A stretch of 63,061 nucleotides of DNA, counting the filler, from Choristocarpus tenellus KU-1152 (taxonomy: Eukaryota; Protista; Phaeophyceae), in the NCBI GenBank assembly GCA_964200185.2. It is 11 parts of 11 records of this genome, joined end to end, with 100 filler letters (N's around TTAATTAATTAA, not from the genome) between each part and the next. Parts side by side here need not be neighbours in the genome. Positions count along the whole stretch, not along the records: positions 25,352 to 28,821 come from CAXNAD020019817.1; positions 28,922 to 31,674 come from CAXNAD020025041.1; positions 31,775 to 40,440 come from CAXNAD020004463.1; 8 more parts are not named here. The stretch is one strand, 5' to 3'. Each line of letters opens with the position of its first letter. Positions within the stretch are counted from its first letter, which is position 1. Made by a program: the position numbers and the translations under genes. Below are positions 25,939-38,096 of this stretch, in pieces. The notes under the pieces were generated by a model. The model searched no databases, had not been told where the DNA came from, and saw only the letters and a program-made list of their open reading frames with translations.

Positions 25939-27493
25939 AGGCATGATGAAGTGCCCCTTGATGAACCTGCGTTCCTTCTCTCGCAACTCAAAAGATCGGC
26001 TCTTGCTCTGTGATTGGTCGATAAATAAAAAAATTGGGAGAGGCAATTGGCACAAAACAATATTCCGTTTTCCACATAGAACTATTGATACACCTGCTGA
26101 GACTCCGGTTGATATGAAGCGCCTTCATGGGATAATTTCGTCATCCTGCTGGGGAAAGACATGATTACAGGCTCAATCCCGCCCGCCCCCCCATCGCCTG
26201 CCCTGTGCAGGGCAGGGGCTAGGGTCAGCAATAAACAAGGTGCCGGCTAGACTAAGGACACCAACAAGACAAGATGAGTTTGACTGACCACAGTGTCCAT
26301 TGCTATCAAACGAATGTAGAAATGTAAAAATGCCTGAAAAGAACGTAAAGAATAAGCAGGAATATCTGTCGGTTTTTTGAGCGTATGAAATGTATCAGAA
26401 AAAAAAAAATACAATATGTCCTCGATTAGAGCCGAGTATGTGCTTCACAATGTTGAGGAATATTTAGAGGAATATTTAGAGGAAAATTTAGAGGAAAATT
26501 TAGAGGAAAACACATGCATGGGAAAGATTAACCACTTGAATTGAACCCTACAACTTCCGTGTCAATTAATATTTGATTAATCCGGTCGTGGTCGTTCTAT
26601 CACTGAGACTCACAATTCTTGCCACTAACACCTCTTGGTGCGTAGGCCAAGGTGGGGATATAGCTTCTACAAAAGTAGAGAGAGACCAATATCAATAGTT
26701 TGTACATACCAGCAAGGATGGGGCCTAATTAACGCCATTATAAATGCTGTTAACAACCTTTAAATTCATCACTATTTGCGGCACGGGGCACCTCACCAGG
26801 AGTGGCTTGGAGTCATCTCCTGTCTGTCCTCCACCACTTCGTTCATATCCCTCCTGCCTCATCTCTCCTGCCCTTTCCTCCCTTCGCCCGCCTCTTCTCT
26901 CCTCTTCTATATTCACTTCTCCCCCTTCCCCCCCGAACGGCCTCTGGCATCGTCGTTCTATTGGACAGAGGCGGCAGGAGAGTACTCTACATGCTGAGAG
27001 AGGGGTTGATATGGAGATAGAGCGGGTAAGGGAAGGAAGGGCAGGTGGGGTTTGGGGAGATAGAGGGCGAAGGACCTCTGTCTCTATCATTACAAAGGCG
27101 GGGAAATGAGTTGTGAAACTACGAAAAAATGGAAACCATCATACAAACCAACACCCCCCCCTGCCTTACGCACCCAGCAACACGGGTCAACTACCAATCG
27201 ACCACAAACGAGGAAAGTCATCGTGGATAGCGCATGATCCTTAGGTGCGATACGAAGGCGTTCAGCGTCAAAGTTTGCTGAGCGAGAAAACAAAATGAGA
27301 GGGATCGAATGTGTCCCGTCCATTCTGAAGAGCCCCTTGCTCCTCTCCCCACGATGCAAACATTGGATCGGTTAACCCGACTATAACACCAGTACCATTA
27401 GACTAACCTGCCAAGCAGCAACATTGTCCGATCCCTTGCAAAGCCTCCCACAGCATAGCACAGCGCCCGACCTCCTTGTATAAAATGCCCTTA
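25939..27493 (-). CDS. Candidate small exons of an unidentified gene
   Basis: AG..GT-bounded open segments near 27493-27408 (KGILYKEVGRCAMLWEALQGIGQCCCLA), ~27277 (ANFDAERLRIAPKDH) and 26008-25939 (SKSRSFELREKERRFIKGHFIMP|GTAAG). No family recognised. Confidence 0.3.
26530..26615 (-). pseudogene. Degenerate tRNA-like sequence (tRNA pseudogene or SINE head)
   Basis: The minus strand shows an A-box-like AGTCTCAGTGATAGAACG and a B-box-like GTAGGGTTCAATTC at plausible spacing. No intact acceptor stem or clear anticodon arm. Confidence 0.35.
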
Positions 27494-28163
27494 CTGTTCA
27501 CCAGCAAGAAAGGAAGGTAGTCAAACAATCAGGAGGATAGTGCGAGTGAAGTGTCTATGCGTATGTGTAAATAGACGACATGCCCCAATTACCTGCACAT
27601 GTCTTAGGACAATGCTCGAGGAGATATGGCTTCGGGAAAACTCCTTGTCAGTCCTGTACTATCATCACTCCTTGTATTTACATCTTCCTACAAAAGGAGC
27701 GTACCTTGGCAAGTTATATTCTTCACCAGAGGAACGACTCGAGTTAAACAATGCCAACTTGACCTCCTGAAATCCACTCCAAGGCAACCAAATCAACGTT
27801 CAAGTTCATAAACCGACTCTAATCTCAACTGCTCTAATCTTCGAGATCTCCTTGGGCTGATCAATGAAAAGACCTCTGACAGAGAGAACGATCGCAGTTA
27901 GTTCGATCTCACTCAATTGTGCTCCCACCTTCAGTGGGATAGATGGGCAGATTATCCTAGGTGTGCCAGGACATCGTTGTGATGGGGCAGTTTGTGTTGC
28001 AACATACAGGAGACAGTTGCAGGTTTTTTTTCTGAGGATGTTGAATATTGAATACTCAACACCAACAAGTTCTTTACTTGTGGTTTGCCCAACACTACGA
28101 TTATGTTTCTCGTAACGCATGTGAAAAATGTTACATGACATAATAATATTTTTTATACTTTTT

Positions 28164-28381
28164 TTATTATGCCCTCTGACACTTTCCCGATGTGTGAGGG
28201 GAGAAATCTATAAACATAAGGACACCTATAAAAAATATATTTTTATATGAACTGTCATATGACAACAAGGAAAAACAGTAGACGATATACCGTATACCTT
28301 ACTTCATATCGCTACTACCCACTTAAATTAATACTATATTTTCCCTGTGACACATCTGTTAAATGGCAAAGGGCATAATAA
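28164..28381. mobile_element. AT-rich MITE (~220 bp), separate family
   Basis: TTATTATGCCCTCTGACAC...GATGTGT is mirrored by ACACATC...AAAGGGCATAATAA. A second left end lies at 28765-28821. Confidence 0.7.
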
Positions 28382-28921
28382 TAAAATAATAAGGCGTGAA
28401 TTGAGGTGCAAATCGAATTTGTTTCTGGTTTATTTGTCATGTAGTAGTTAAACATTTGTTTCTATAATTCTATACAATAATATATTGTTCTTCGGTTTGG
28501 AGTAAGAACTTAAGTTGGAGGGAATGATGCACTAACTTAATACTACCGTAGTGTTAAAGAAAGATCTAATCATATATCATCCCCTACTTCCCTTGTTCTA
28601 TCAACCCGTTCGTGTTTGTATCTGTCCGTCTCTCTCTCAATCTCATCTCTTACCAGCATCACATTGATCAAAAATATGAATCCCTACCCCTTCTACTTGA
28701 TCTCATACTAAAACCATCCACGGAACCTTTTTCCCCCAACGTAACAAGAGGCCACAGATTTTACTATTATGCCCTCTGACATTTTGCAGATGTGTCAGGG
28801 GGAAACCAATGAAAACTATATNNNNNNNNNNNNNNNNNNNNNNNNNNNNNNNNNNNNNNNNNNNNTTAATTAATTAANNNNNNNNNNNNNNNNNNNNNNN
28901 NNNNNNNNNNNNNNNNNNNNN

Positions 28922-28942
28922 CCCCCCAAGATACTTTGGCCC
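28922..28942. mobile_element. Right TIR of a family B MITE at a contig start
   Basis: CCCCAAGATACTTTGGCCC followed by act. A similar TIR end starts the next contig at 31775-31789. Confidence 0.6.
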
Positions 28943-29454
28943 ACTGCTATATCGGTCCCTCTTGTCACATGGTTTCAGCGAAGAGTTCTAGTACGATGTT
29001 ATAGAGTATATGTGTTTTCAAAAAGCGAGTACCATGAACAGAGATTTTGTGTTCTTTCTTGAGGTTTGTCGTTGTTTCAATACCCAGTATACTTCTTTGC
29101 CCTGCTACTGCATCACAAGCAACACAAGCTGAGCTACTTCTATCATGGTGATAACTCTGTTTTTTCCAATCAAGTAGGGGGAAAACGGTGCCCGGAGGAC
29201 ATTCTTGGAATGGCACTTGTTCAAATTTTAGTGTGCGCACAATCACCAAGTGTATTAGCAGGTGAGCCTTTATCTGTTTATGGTGTTTTTGAGACAATTT
29301 CGGCTTGCTGCTCCTGTGCAAATATATTTGCAGCAGGACCAACTCACTTGCACCTTGCTCATTACCATACAGATTAGAGTAGTAACACTATATTTCACTA
29401 TGAGCTAATATCCTCATTCACTTTCTGTGAATAATTACAAACCATCTGTCGAAA

Positions 29455-29714
29455 GAGTCAAAGTATCTTAGAGGGTAGAACCGCGTCCATTTCGGGGCCA
29501 AAACCCAATGTTGCAATTTTCGATGTAATTTTGGCGATCATGTTTGTTAGGAGATGTCAATACCCTTGTTTCGGACGCTCCTTTTCATAACGTATACATT
29601 TGACCTATTCCGAAACATTCTTGAGTAGGTAAGATGTCATTATTAACCCCTGGGAAGCCAAGCCCCAAATGGACAAACAGGGAAAAACTCCTACCCTCTT
29701 AGATACTTTCACTC
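29455..29714. mobile_element. MITE family A
   Basis: GAGTCAAAGTATCTTAGAGGG...CCCTCTTAGATACTTTCACTC with 4-bp TSD gaaa/gaaa. Confidence 0.88.
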
Positions 29715-30029
29715 GAAACCTCAACTACATTAGCCCTCGAGCATAAGAACACACCCCCAGCTCGAGATTGCCTTTCCTTTTTCCACAGGCAGCACCAACT
29801 GCAGCAAAGGCAATGTTGACCTCCCTTAAACCACCACTAACTACCCTGGAACCTTACTTTGTTGCGAAGAAATTTTCGTGACCTCACGCCTCACCCTGCC
29901 TACATCTTCTTGAAATATTTGTGTGTGTTGGAACCCGCTCAAGAGACTACAGAAACTGTACTGGCCACGGTCAATATTTTCAACTACAGTGTATGAAACC
30001 TACAAATATAATGATATACATTTGCTTAC

Positions 30030-30202
30030 GTGTATGGCTGCTCAGAGAACTCTGTGACAACAATTCCAGTGGTCCTGGTCCTTGTCATTATCATGTCCTC
30101 TTCTGTCGGTTCATAATCTTCCTGCCCCAGGCGCTTGACGTGGTTAAGGTAATAACTGGTCGCATCTAGGCACCAGAATTCTGACCTTCGATCCCACACT
30201 CC
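30030..30202 (-). CDS. Heterotrimeric G-protein alpha subunit, one internal exon (end of helical domain plus switch I)
   Basis: CAG|GVWDRRSEFWCLDATSYYLNHVKRLGQEDYEPTEEDMIMTRTRTTGIVVTEF...|GTAAG matches the G-alpha signature YxPTxxDxLxxRxxTTGI. Confidence 0.9.
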
Positions 30203-30251
30203 CTGCAGGGTATGGTGGTGGTAATTTCGTGAGACAGTCAAGGGGAATGGT

Positions 30252-30510
30252 GAGTGAAAGAGTCTTAGAGGGTACGATTTTTTCTCTGTTTGTCCATTTG
30301 GGGCTTGGCTTCCCACGGGTTTTTGACGACATTTTACATGCTCCAAAATGTTTCGGGGTAGGTAAAATGTGTATGTTACGAAAGGAAGTGTCCAGAACAA
30401 GGATATTGACATCTTCTAACAAACACGATAGTCAAAATTACATCAAAATTGTAACATTGGATTTTGGCCTCCAAATGGATGCGGCACTACCCTCTAAGAT
30501 ACTTTGACTC
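30252..30510. mobile_element. MITE family A (reverse orientation)
   Basis: GAGTGAAAGAGTCTTAGAGGG...CCCTCTAAGATACTTTGACTC with 4-bp TSD tggt/tggt. Confidence 0.88.
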
Positions 30511-31129
30511 TGGTCATCATTTTGTCCAGAGAGGCAGGAAGTTCTGGCTGTAGGTGTATGTACTAATACTGAGGAGTAACTAGTACTCAAGAGGAGGCGG
30601 AAAGAAAAAAACTTGTTATACTCGGCCGTTTCAAATAAAAAACAAAAATTCACGTCCCACCAAACCAAATGAGAAGCTCTCACATGTGCAAGGTCTTTTA
30701 CTGTCTCAACCCTATTACCTTTGAAGACTTATCCCTTGAGATGAGTTTCACATACCCAAGTAACCTCTACTCCTAAGCAAATGCTGCTGTGTTATAAACT
30801 ACTTTGAAATAAATAATATATAGACATCACTTTCTTGCGGTTCACCATAGTGAATATGCTGATTTTCGTCCTTAGACATATTGAAGAGAAGTTAATTGTA
30901 CAAGCAAGCCTCCTACTGTGGTGATACAAACTATTCCTGTACAAGGGAACTGCAGGTATTCTTCCTGAGGAATGTACACTTTCTTTTTGAAGCATGAATG
31001 AGCTCTGACGATACCAGGATTTAAGAGGGCAAGGGAAGTTTCCAGGTGAATAGACCTTATTATTCAAGTGTGGCATATAGGCTGCTCTCTTGGTATAGGT
31101 CTTGCCACTGCTACAACATGTAGTCACCA

Positions 31130-31262
31130 TTATTCTCATTATATTTTCTCATTGTCATCCTCATTATCTTTCTCATTATCGTTCTCATTATCATTCTCAT
31201 TATCATTCTCATTATCTTTCTCATCATCTTTCTCATTGTCATTCTCATTCTCATTATCATTG
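31130..31262. repeat. (TCATTCTCATTA)-type 6/12-bp repeat
   Basis: Directly visible. Confidence 0.85.
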
Positions 31263-31417
31263 TAGCAAAATGGTTTGTTGCCTTTTTTATATTTGACTAT
31301 TGTGTCGTGGAGGGTAAAGTCACTGCAAAAAAAAAATGAACAGAATGGAGACACTAGCCTCTCCAATACATGCTCAAGGAAATGCAAAAGAACTTGGGGT
31401 TAGTGGAAGAACGCATT

Positions 31418-31674
31418 GAACCATAGCATTTAGGAGGGTAGGATTTTTGTCCTGTTTGTCCATTCGGAATTTTTTATGCCCTTTTTCGTTTTTCTGTGTG
31501 AACATAGTTACCTAAAATCTATAGGGCTATGAAAGGTGGGTCCAAAGCAAAAAATTGACACTTTCTAACAAACAAGATAGTCAAAGGTTCAAAGTATCTG
31601 GGGGGGGGGGGGGGGGGGGGGGGCGATCCATATGGGGCCAATTTTTTTTTTTCGCCCTTTTTTTTTTTTTTGTT
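31418..31674. mobile_element. MITE A' copy interrupted at 31586 by a family B MITE, truncated by the contig end
   Basis: Similar to 19577-19730 up to ...gatagtcaaa, then GGTTCAAAGTATCTGGG followed by poly-G. Confidence 0.7.
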
Positions 31675-33249
31675 NNNNNNNNNNNNNNNNNNNNNNNNNN
31701 NNNNNNNNNNNNNNNNNNTTAATTAATTAANNNNNNNNNNNNNNNNNNNNNNNNNNNNNNNNNNNNNNNNNNNNCAGATACTTTGACCCAAAATAAGGTA
31801 CCAACAATCTACATCAAAGGACAGAAGGGTGGGAGGAGACTGAAAATCCTGACCTGTGAAAAGGGCTACAATACCAAAGCAATAGCTGCTGAGTATGGAA
31901 TCAATACTCCTGATTTACTGGGAAGATACAGCGTTCTCATGCACTGGTTGCAGCCATTGCAAACCAAGCGGAGGCCGTATTTCTGTATCTTGGGTTAGTA
32001 TTGGGATTGAAGTGCTGTGTATAATACACCAACCGTTTCATATTATCATGTTTAGTATGTGTGTGCGACATTAAGAAGTTCTAAGTTGTACTACTTCTTG
32101 AGAGCAGCAGAGCAGTTACTACATCTATGACATGGCCTCGACCTCTGATACCCTCTGCCTCTGACGTTTGTGATGAGATGCATGATTTGTAAAGAAGCTT
32201 CCACCTGAGACTGGGATTGATTGGCTCATCGGTGGTGGAAAACAAACTATCCCTGGTGTTGAGGATGTGGCTACGCTTTCACTTTGCTCGTGTAACACTA
32301 AGAATAATTCTGGAAGAGACTCAAGTCTCACGTACACCATTATCAAGCTTGTGGAAGTCTGTAGTGTGTGAGATGTGGCACTACTAGTTGCAAGTCATTG
32401 TCCAAGCCTGAGGATGATTGGGTGAGTCATTCTAGAGAACTATAAAAAAAAAGGACTGGATGGTTCACTAAAAAGTGGTGCTTCTTCCTAGTACATAGAA
32501 AGCTCATAGCTCAACATCCTGGCTCAATTATTATTCTTTTTTCTTCTTTCCCTCCCATCCTATTGAAATGTCTGACATTAGTGCTCACCAATTTGTCTTC
32601 CATTTGATACCACACGAGTCCATTATAAGTACATGATATGAATAAACAGTAAAAGCAGCACTACCAGCGCCGGCCACCCATGGAGAGCATCATCATCATG
32701 AGGAAGAAGAGAAGTTGATCAGCTCTCCAACCCCCTTCTTTGTCTCCTCCTCCTCCTACTCCTCCTCCTCCTACTACTACTACCAAGCTAGCACATCATT
32801 CGTTATCACACCAGTTTCTGGTTGTTTTTGTTGTGTGTAGAGGTAGTTTAGCAGTACTGTTTACAATGCGCTCCGGAAGCGATATACAAGTTTCAAAACG
32901 CTTTTGCAAGCTTACGATGATGGGATGTGTAGCTCCAATCCACAAGGGTGTATGTGGACGATGAAGCTCAAACGATGTACCACATCAATGGGGCATCATA
33001 ATGGCTAAATAATACGTATATTGTCAAGGAGTACAAATATATAAAACCTAGAAGTAGTACAACACTGCAGTAGTAATTTTTTTTTTGTGCATGACTTGGT
33101 GCTATCCACCCAGTCGACCTTGCCATGATAGTTAAAGCTATCTCTCACACAGCTTTTATGCTAGAAGCACAAGGTTTATTTTTCTGTACATCACTACATC
33201 TTCATACTCAAGATACCTGAGCTGCTACAACGACTGCTGTTCAGGAATA

Positions 33250-33572
33250 CTACTTTTGTACTGCAACTATTGCTACTATTGCTGCTGCTGCTGCTGCTAT
33301 TATACTACTACTACTGCTCTTGCTGCCTCTACTACTACTATTGTTACTACTCCTACTACTGCTGGTTGCTGTTGCTACCACTGTTGCTACTATTGCTGCG
33401 CTGCTACTCCTGCTACTCCTTCTGCTGCTACTGCTGCTGCTGCAGCTACTGGTACTGGAACTGTTAGTGCTACTGCTACTACTAGGTGAGAACATAGTGG
33501 AGTGCACAGGTAAATACTACGACTACTACCACTACCACTACCATTACCACCACCACTACTACAACTACTACT
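33250..33572. repeat. Compound CTA/CTG/CCA trinucleotide microsatellite
   Basis: Directly visible. It explains the poly-L/S/Y ORFs. Confidence 0.9.
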
Positions 33573-33884
33573 CGGTTATTCACATACAGGTCAGGGTTAG
33601 GGCTAGGGTTAGATTTTCGAAAATGTGTGTGAAAAACTGAATGGTGGTGGATCCTCGAGAAGTTGTGGTTCCCCAGGGCACACTGTATTGCTGCACCACA
33701 GTGTGAAACTCCTTCAAGAATGTTTCCTTGGCTGGTTAGGGATGGATTTTGCACACAACTTTGGTTAGGGTTAGGGTTTCGAACACGCGTCCGAAAAAGT
33801 GAATAAACGCTACGATAGTGGTGGTTCCCGAAGAAGGGAAGGTTCCCCTGTGCGCTATAATATGCGGAAAGATGGAGGAATGCA

Positions 33885-33920
<36 letters not shown>

Positions 33921-34124
33921 CCTTTTACTCTAAAAGTCCGCAATACAGAACCGCATTCAGCAGGATTAAATTATTCAGAAATTCCAGTCAATCTGCTTGA
34001 AAAACTTCCGTGACACCTACCTGCTCAGGAGGATGAGGTCAAGGTTCACTGAAGAACAAGATGTAAAACACCGATGTTTAGAACAGCAACTTGTTATATT
34101 CATCTTTGACGTTTTCCGCTATTA

Positions 34125-34612
34125 CATACTTTGAAGTACATCAACACACGCGCGCGCGATGGCACCTTGGCCCTTTGCTATAGATACAAGTACTCTTCAA
34201 GCAGAGCAGCGGAGGGTGCGGATTAGGAAGAGTATACCACATGCTCCCTCGTGTTTCACCTCTCACGCTCCTTCCTAGAGAAAACGAACACATACAGCGG
34301 AACGCCACATCAAAAGTGTATGTATCATTATTCCCCGTCATCTGATAATAGACCATACTTCGAAGTCCACCAACACATGAACTACCATACTTTGAAGTAC
34401 ATCGACACACACGCGCGCAATGGCACCTCGGCCCTTTGCTATAGATACAAGTACTCTTCAAGCAGAAAGGCGGAGGGCGCAGATTAAGGAAAGTATACCA
34501 CATTCTCCCTTGTTTTTCACTTCTTACGCTCCTTCCCAAGGAAAACGAACACATTCAGCGGAATGCCACATCAAAAGTGTATGTATCATAACTCCCCGTG
34601 ATCTGAAAATAG
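34125..34612. repeat. Tandem duplication of ~227 bp (period ~261 bp) covering a gene 3' end
   Basis: 34125-34351 versus 34386-34612, highly similar. Confidence 0.9.
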
Positions 34613-37600
34613 CGATTGACCTTGAGATACGCGAGATCTTCCTTCCCTTCAACGTCGCTATACGTGAAGTCACTGCTGACCAAGACTCCTCCAGGATATG
34701 AGGTGTACTTCCAACCTTCTCCATCAGAGAGACAATTGATACCTAAGGTATATAGGTCTTGGTATCCTGTGACCAGATCACCTTTAGCATTTGGATAGCA
34801 ATAAGATAAAGTGACAGACGGCCGTGGTTGATGGAATTGTTGTATTATATCTTGATTGCTATGTCAAGGGAAGGAGAAGAATGCTGACACCAGATTTAGA
34901 TAAATCTATAAAGAAACACTCCCCAAAACACTCACCAAAACGTGAAAATGAGGCGATGAGTGACAACACATAATTTCCTTGTGTAGTGGAAGCTGAGGCT
35001 AGGAACCATGAGTAAGTATTGTTGTCATGGTAGGTCTGTGTGCACTGCTGGAAGAGACAAAAAGTGAGGGATATGGTGCTTTCATGCGCACTTATTTCCA
35101 CCTTGGGGATTTGGGGGAATCGGAAGATAAAGTTCTTCCTCACGCTTCCAAACGAAAAAACGATTAACAAGCTTCCAGCACAATCGCACTGTAGTACTCA
35201 GTATCTTAAAATGATAACGCCCAACACCCTGCATCTTCTTCTCTCTCTCGTTTCTACCTGTAGGCTCACCTACAAATAAGCCATTGCAATCTGCACGTTC
35301 TGACATCCAAGCACGTAATCAACAAATAAATATTTTTTGAAAGACTATGGTTGCATGTAAATGGGCACACAACAATTCCTCAGCCCACTCTATAGTCGTA
35401 TCTGACCACAATGCCCACTCTGAGGCAATTTGCATCGGTACTATAATTTACACCTTCCATGATGGTGCAGTAGCAGTTACTAAAATTCGATCCTGCGATA
35501 TCTATCTGCCCGAAACGTGGATGACAAAAAGGAACATGTACCACAGGTTCTGACATAAAATAGTACTGATATTTATAGGATGGCGGAGTCCTTCTTGGAG
35601 TGATTGAACCCTTCCCAAACTATCACTAGTTCTTAAGAATGTCTTCATGCCCTAGGTCTAGTTCTCAAGCAACTGTATTAGGGAGCGAAATATGCTACGT
35701 CAACTACATTGGACCGTTGACCAGTTCCCATTCATTCAGAATGGTGGGAAAAGTTTTTTTGATAAAAAAAATCTGAACAATGTATTTAAAACGTACTGCA
35801 TGCAAAACGCACATCTTTTGATGAGCGCACCAAAACTATAGTATGAAAGTGAAACCTAAAGAGCACCAGTGTGTATAAGATGAGGGAAAATGTACAATCT
35901 TGCCAACGATGTCAGAACCCAAACCATGGCGCTAACCTTTTTTTACTTAAACTCTGCAAAGTGCCCACTCACCATTCTGATATCTGTAGAGGACGAGCCC
36001 ATTGATACTCCCACTAGAGCATGAAATGGTTTCTGAGGTCTGGAGAGTACTTCCCAAAGGACTAAGATCCAATGGTGCGGAAACAGGACCACAGTCAACG
36101 TCAAAGTTGTAGTAGTCTCGGCCATCAGTCCCGAGATAGCGACTGAGAGTTAGACCACTGAAGCCAACTGAGGTGTAGAAGCAATGCACGTAGCTCCAGG
36201 TGTCAAGGCTTCCAACATATGCTGGGGCAATCCGAGTCGCACCTGAGCCAGCAGAAAGAGTGAAAGTATCTTAGAGGGCGCGACTTTTTCCCCTGTTTGT
36301 CCGTTTGGGGCTTGGCTTCCCACATTTTTCCACAACATTTTACCTACCCCGAAACGTTTCGGAGTAGGTAAAATGCATTACGATATGAAAAGGTGTGTCC
36401 GGATCAAGGATATTGACACCTCCTAACAACACAACAGCCAAAATTACATCAAAATCGCAACATTGGAATTCGGCCCCCAAACGGGCGCGGCTCTACCCTC
36501 TAAGATACTTTGACTCTGAAGTAACAATGATATGGATAAGATGGGTGAATAAATAAGGGTAGGAGTATTTTTCATTTGTTGTTCTGAAGTATCCAGCAGT
36601 ATACTGTCCATGTTACAACGATTGTTTATGCTATTCTGTGTGAGCAGTACCTGGTTCAGTGCAAGGATTCCAGGATATTCAGTGTCTGTTACACTGCAGA
36701 TACTATGAAAGTGCATGCTTCAAATGTGGGGGCTTCCGCAGTCCTATGGCTTGTATTCGTGCATACATTCGTCCTGTTTGACAGCAGTATACCGTGCATT
36801 CTTCTTTGGGAGTATCACGACAGTGTTCCTCACTTGAAAAAACGGTGCTCAACTCCCTCACTCACCAGCTGACTCCTCTTCTCCCCACACTTGGTAAACA
36901 GAAGTACCGCGCAGTATGTTGAGGCTGGTGGGGCTAAACTCATTTTTGATCTCCAGGATGGTGGTTCCATCATTCATAATTGTTGTGTATGTAGCGTATG
37001 TCGCTGAATCTCTGAAGATCGAACAGTTACAAAAAACGAAGTCGATGGGTAACAAGCAGCAGTATGTTATTGTTGTTAAGATGGTTGCTACTACATAACC
37101 CCCTGAAATCAGTACAATACCAATAACTCCCAGCAGGATTGGGCACGGCCACACAGGCTTTTGAAGGAAACAGTGATACTATTATCTACAAACTATACTT
37201 TCAACAACATTAGCAACGCACAACAGGGATATAAAATCGGCTTATTAGAGGTGTTCATGCCAGTCGAAGACGACTAAACCAAGGAGGAACAATGAACCCT
37301 GTAGTGCATCGCTAATTTTCTAGAAAATATGCTGTTTAGTGTTCATTAATAACCTCTCCTCGACAGAGCAAAATGTACTGCAGACCGCAGCGGAGTGCAA
37401 AGCAACTTGCATCGAGAGTTAAAAAGACAAATACGTTAAGGCAACACTCACTGAGAGCCAAAGTAAATGAGAGGTACGCACGGTTGCATTTTAAGGATGC
37501 TGACAATTATTATGTGCAAACTTCGACATTTTGTGCAAATTTGTAAACGATTTTTCGTAACTCTGTCGAAAACTATCTAAAAAATGAGAAATCAACCCTC

Positions 37601-38096
37601 TCAAGTCAATCTTAGCACTTTAAACATAAAAATATGGGTGAATTGTAAAGGATGAAAAAGGTGGCTCAAAATGAAAAACTTCCAAAACCTGGCTAACTCT
37701 CGTTTACTTCGATGGTCAATGTAAACGAGAGGTATATAGAGTTGCATTTTAAGGATGCTGACAAATGCATGCAATTTATTTTTTTACAAATGCGTGGAAG
37801 CTATTTTTCTGATATTTTCTTAATTCCGTCGAAAAGTAAAAAATGATAGATAAATCAATGCTCTCAAGTCAAACATAGCACTTCATCGATAGAAATATGT
37901 ATGAATTGCAAAAGATTGAAAAAATGACCTAAAATGCAAAATTGCCAAAACCTGGTCACCTCTTGTTTACTTTGGCTCACTCACATATGGTTTAGCCCGA
38001 AGTTGTGACCAAGCTCATGCTGCAGCACTTGTCTATCGAAGCAGTTGCTGCTGACCATGGTGATACTGCCCTCAACATAACCAATCCCACAATAAT
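34555..38096 (-). CDS. Putative metzincin-type zinc metalloprotease, partial multi-exon model
   Basis: Exon 38096-37985 (TCAG|...|GTGAGT) encodes YCGIGYVEGSITMVSSNCFDRQVLQHELGHNFGLNH, an HEXXHXXGXXH motif. Downstream phase-compatible exons are 37157-36866 (hydrophobic segment), 36242-35973, one starting at 35549, and terminal exon 34781-34555 (...YTFDVAFR*). The zincin exon is clear; its linkage to the downstream exons is inferred. Confidence 0.65.
36258..36516. mobile_element. MITE family A (reverse orientation)
   Basis: GAGTGAAAGTATCTTAGAGGG...CCCTCTAAGATACTTTGACTC. Flanks gaaa/tgaa are not a clean TSD. Confidence 0.85.
37453..37978. mobile_element. ~525-bp TIR element made of two diverged ~260-bp units (family C)
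   Basis: TIRs GAGCCAAAGTAAATGAGAGG...CCTCTTGTTTACTTTGGCTC. Internal direct repeat ~37462-37712 versus ~37721-37972. Flanks are act/act if one GA slip is allowed at the left end. Confidence 0.75.

Noticed and set aside
30229-30683. Similar short ORFs on different contigs (HDSQNYIKI..., SQSILEG...) suggesting a gene family
   Set aside because: They are translations of MITE family A copies.
33250-33640. Poly-Leu/Ser/Tyr ORFs
   Set aside because: Trinucleotide microsatellite.
29455-36516. Family A MITEs as introner (intron-creating) elements
   Set aside because: The copies lie within existing introns or relics, and none interrupts an exon with its own splice sites at both ends.
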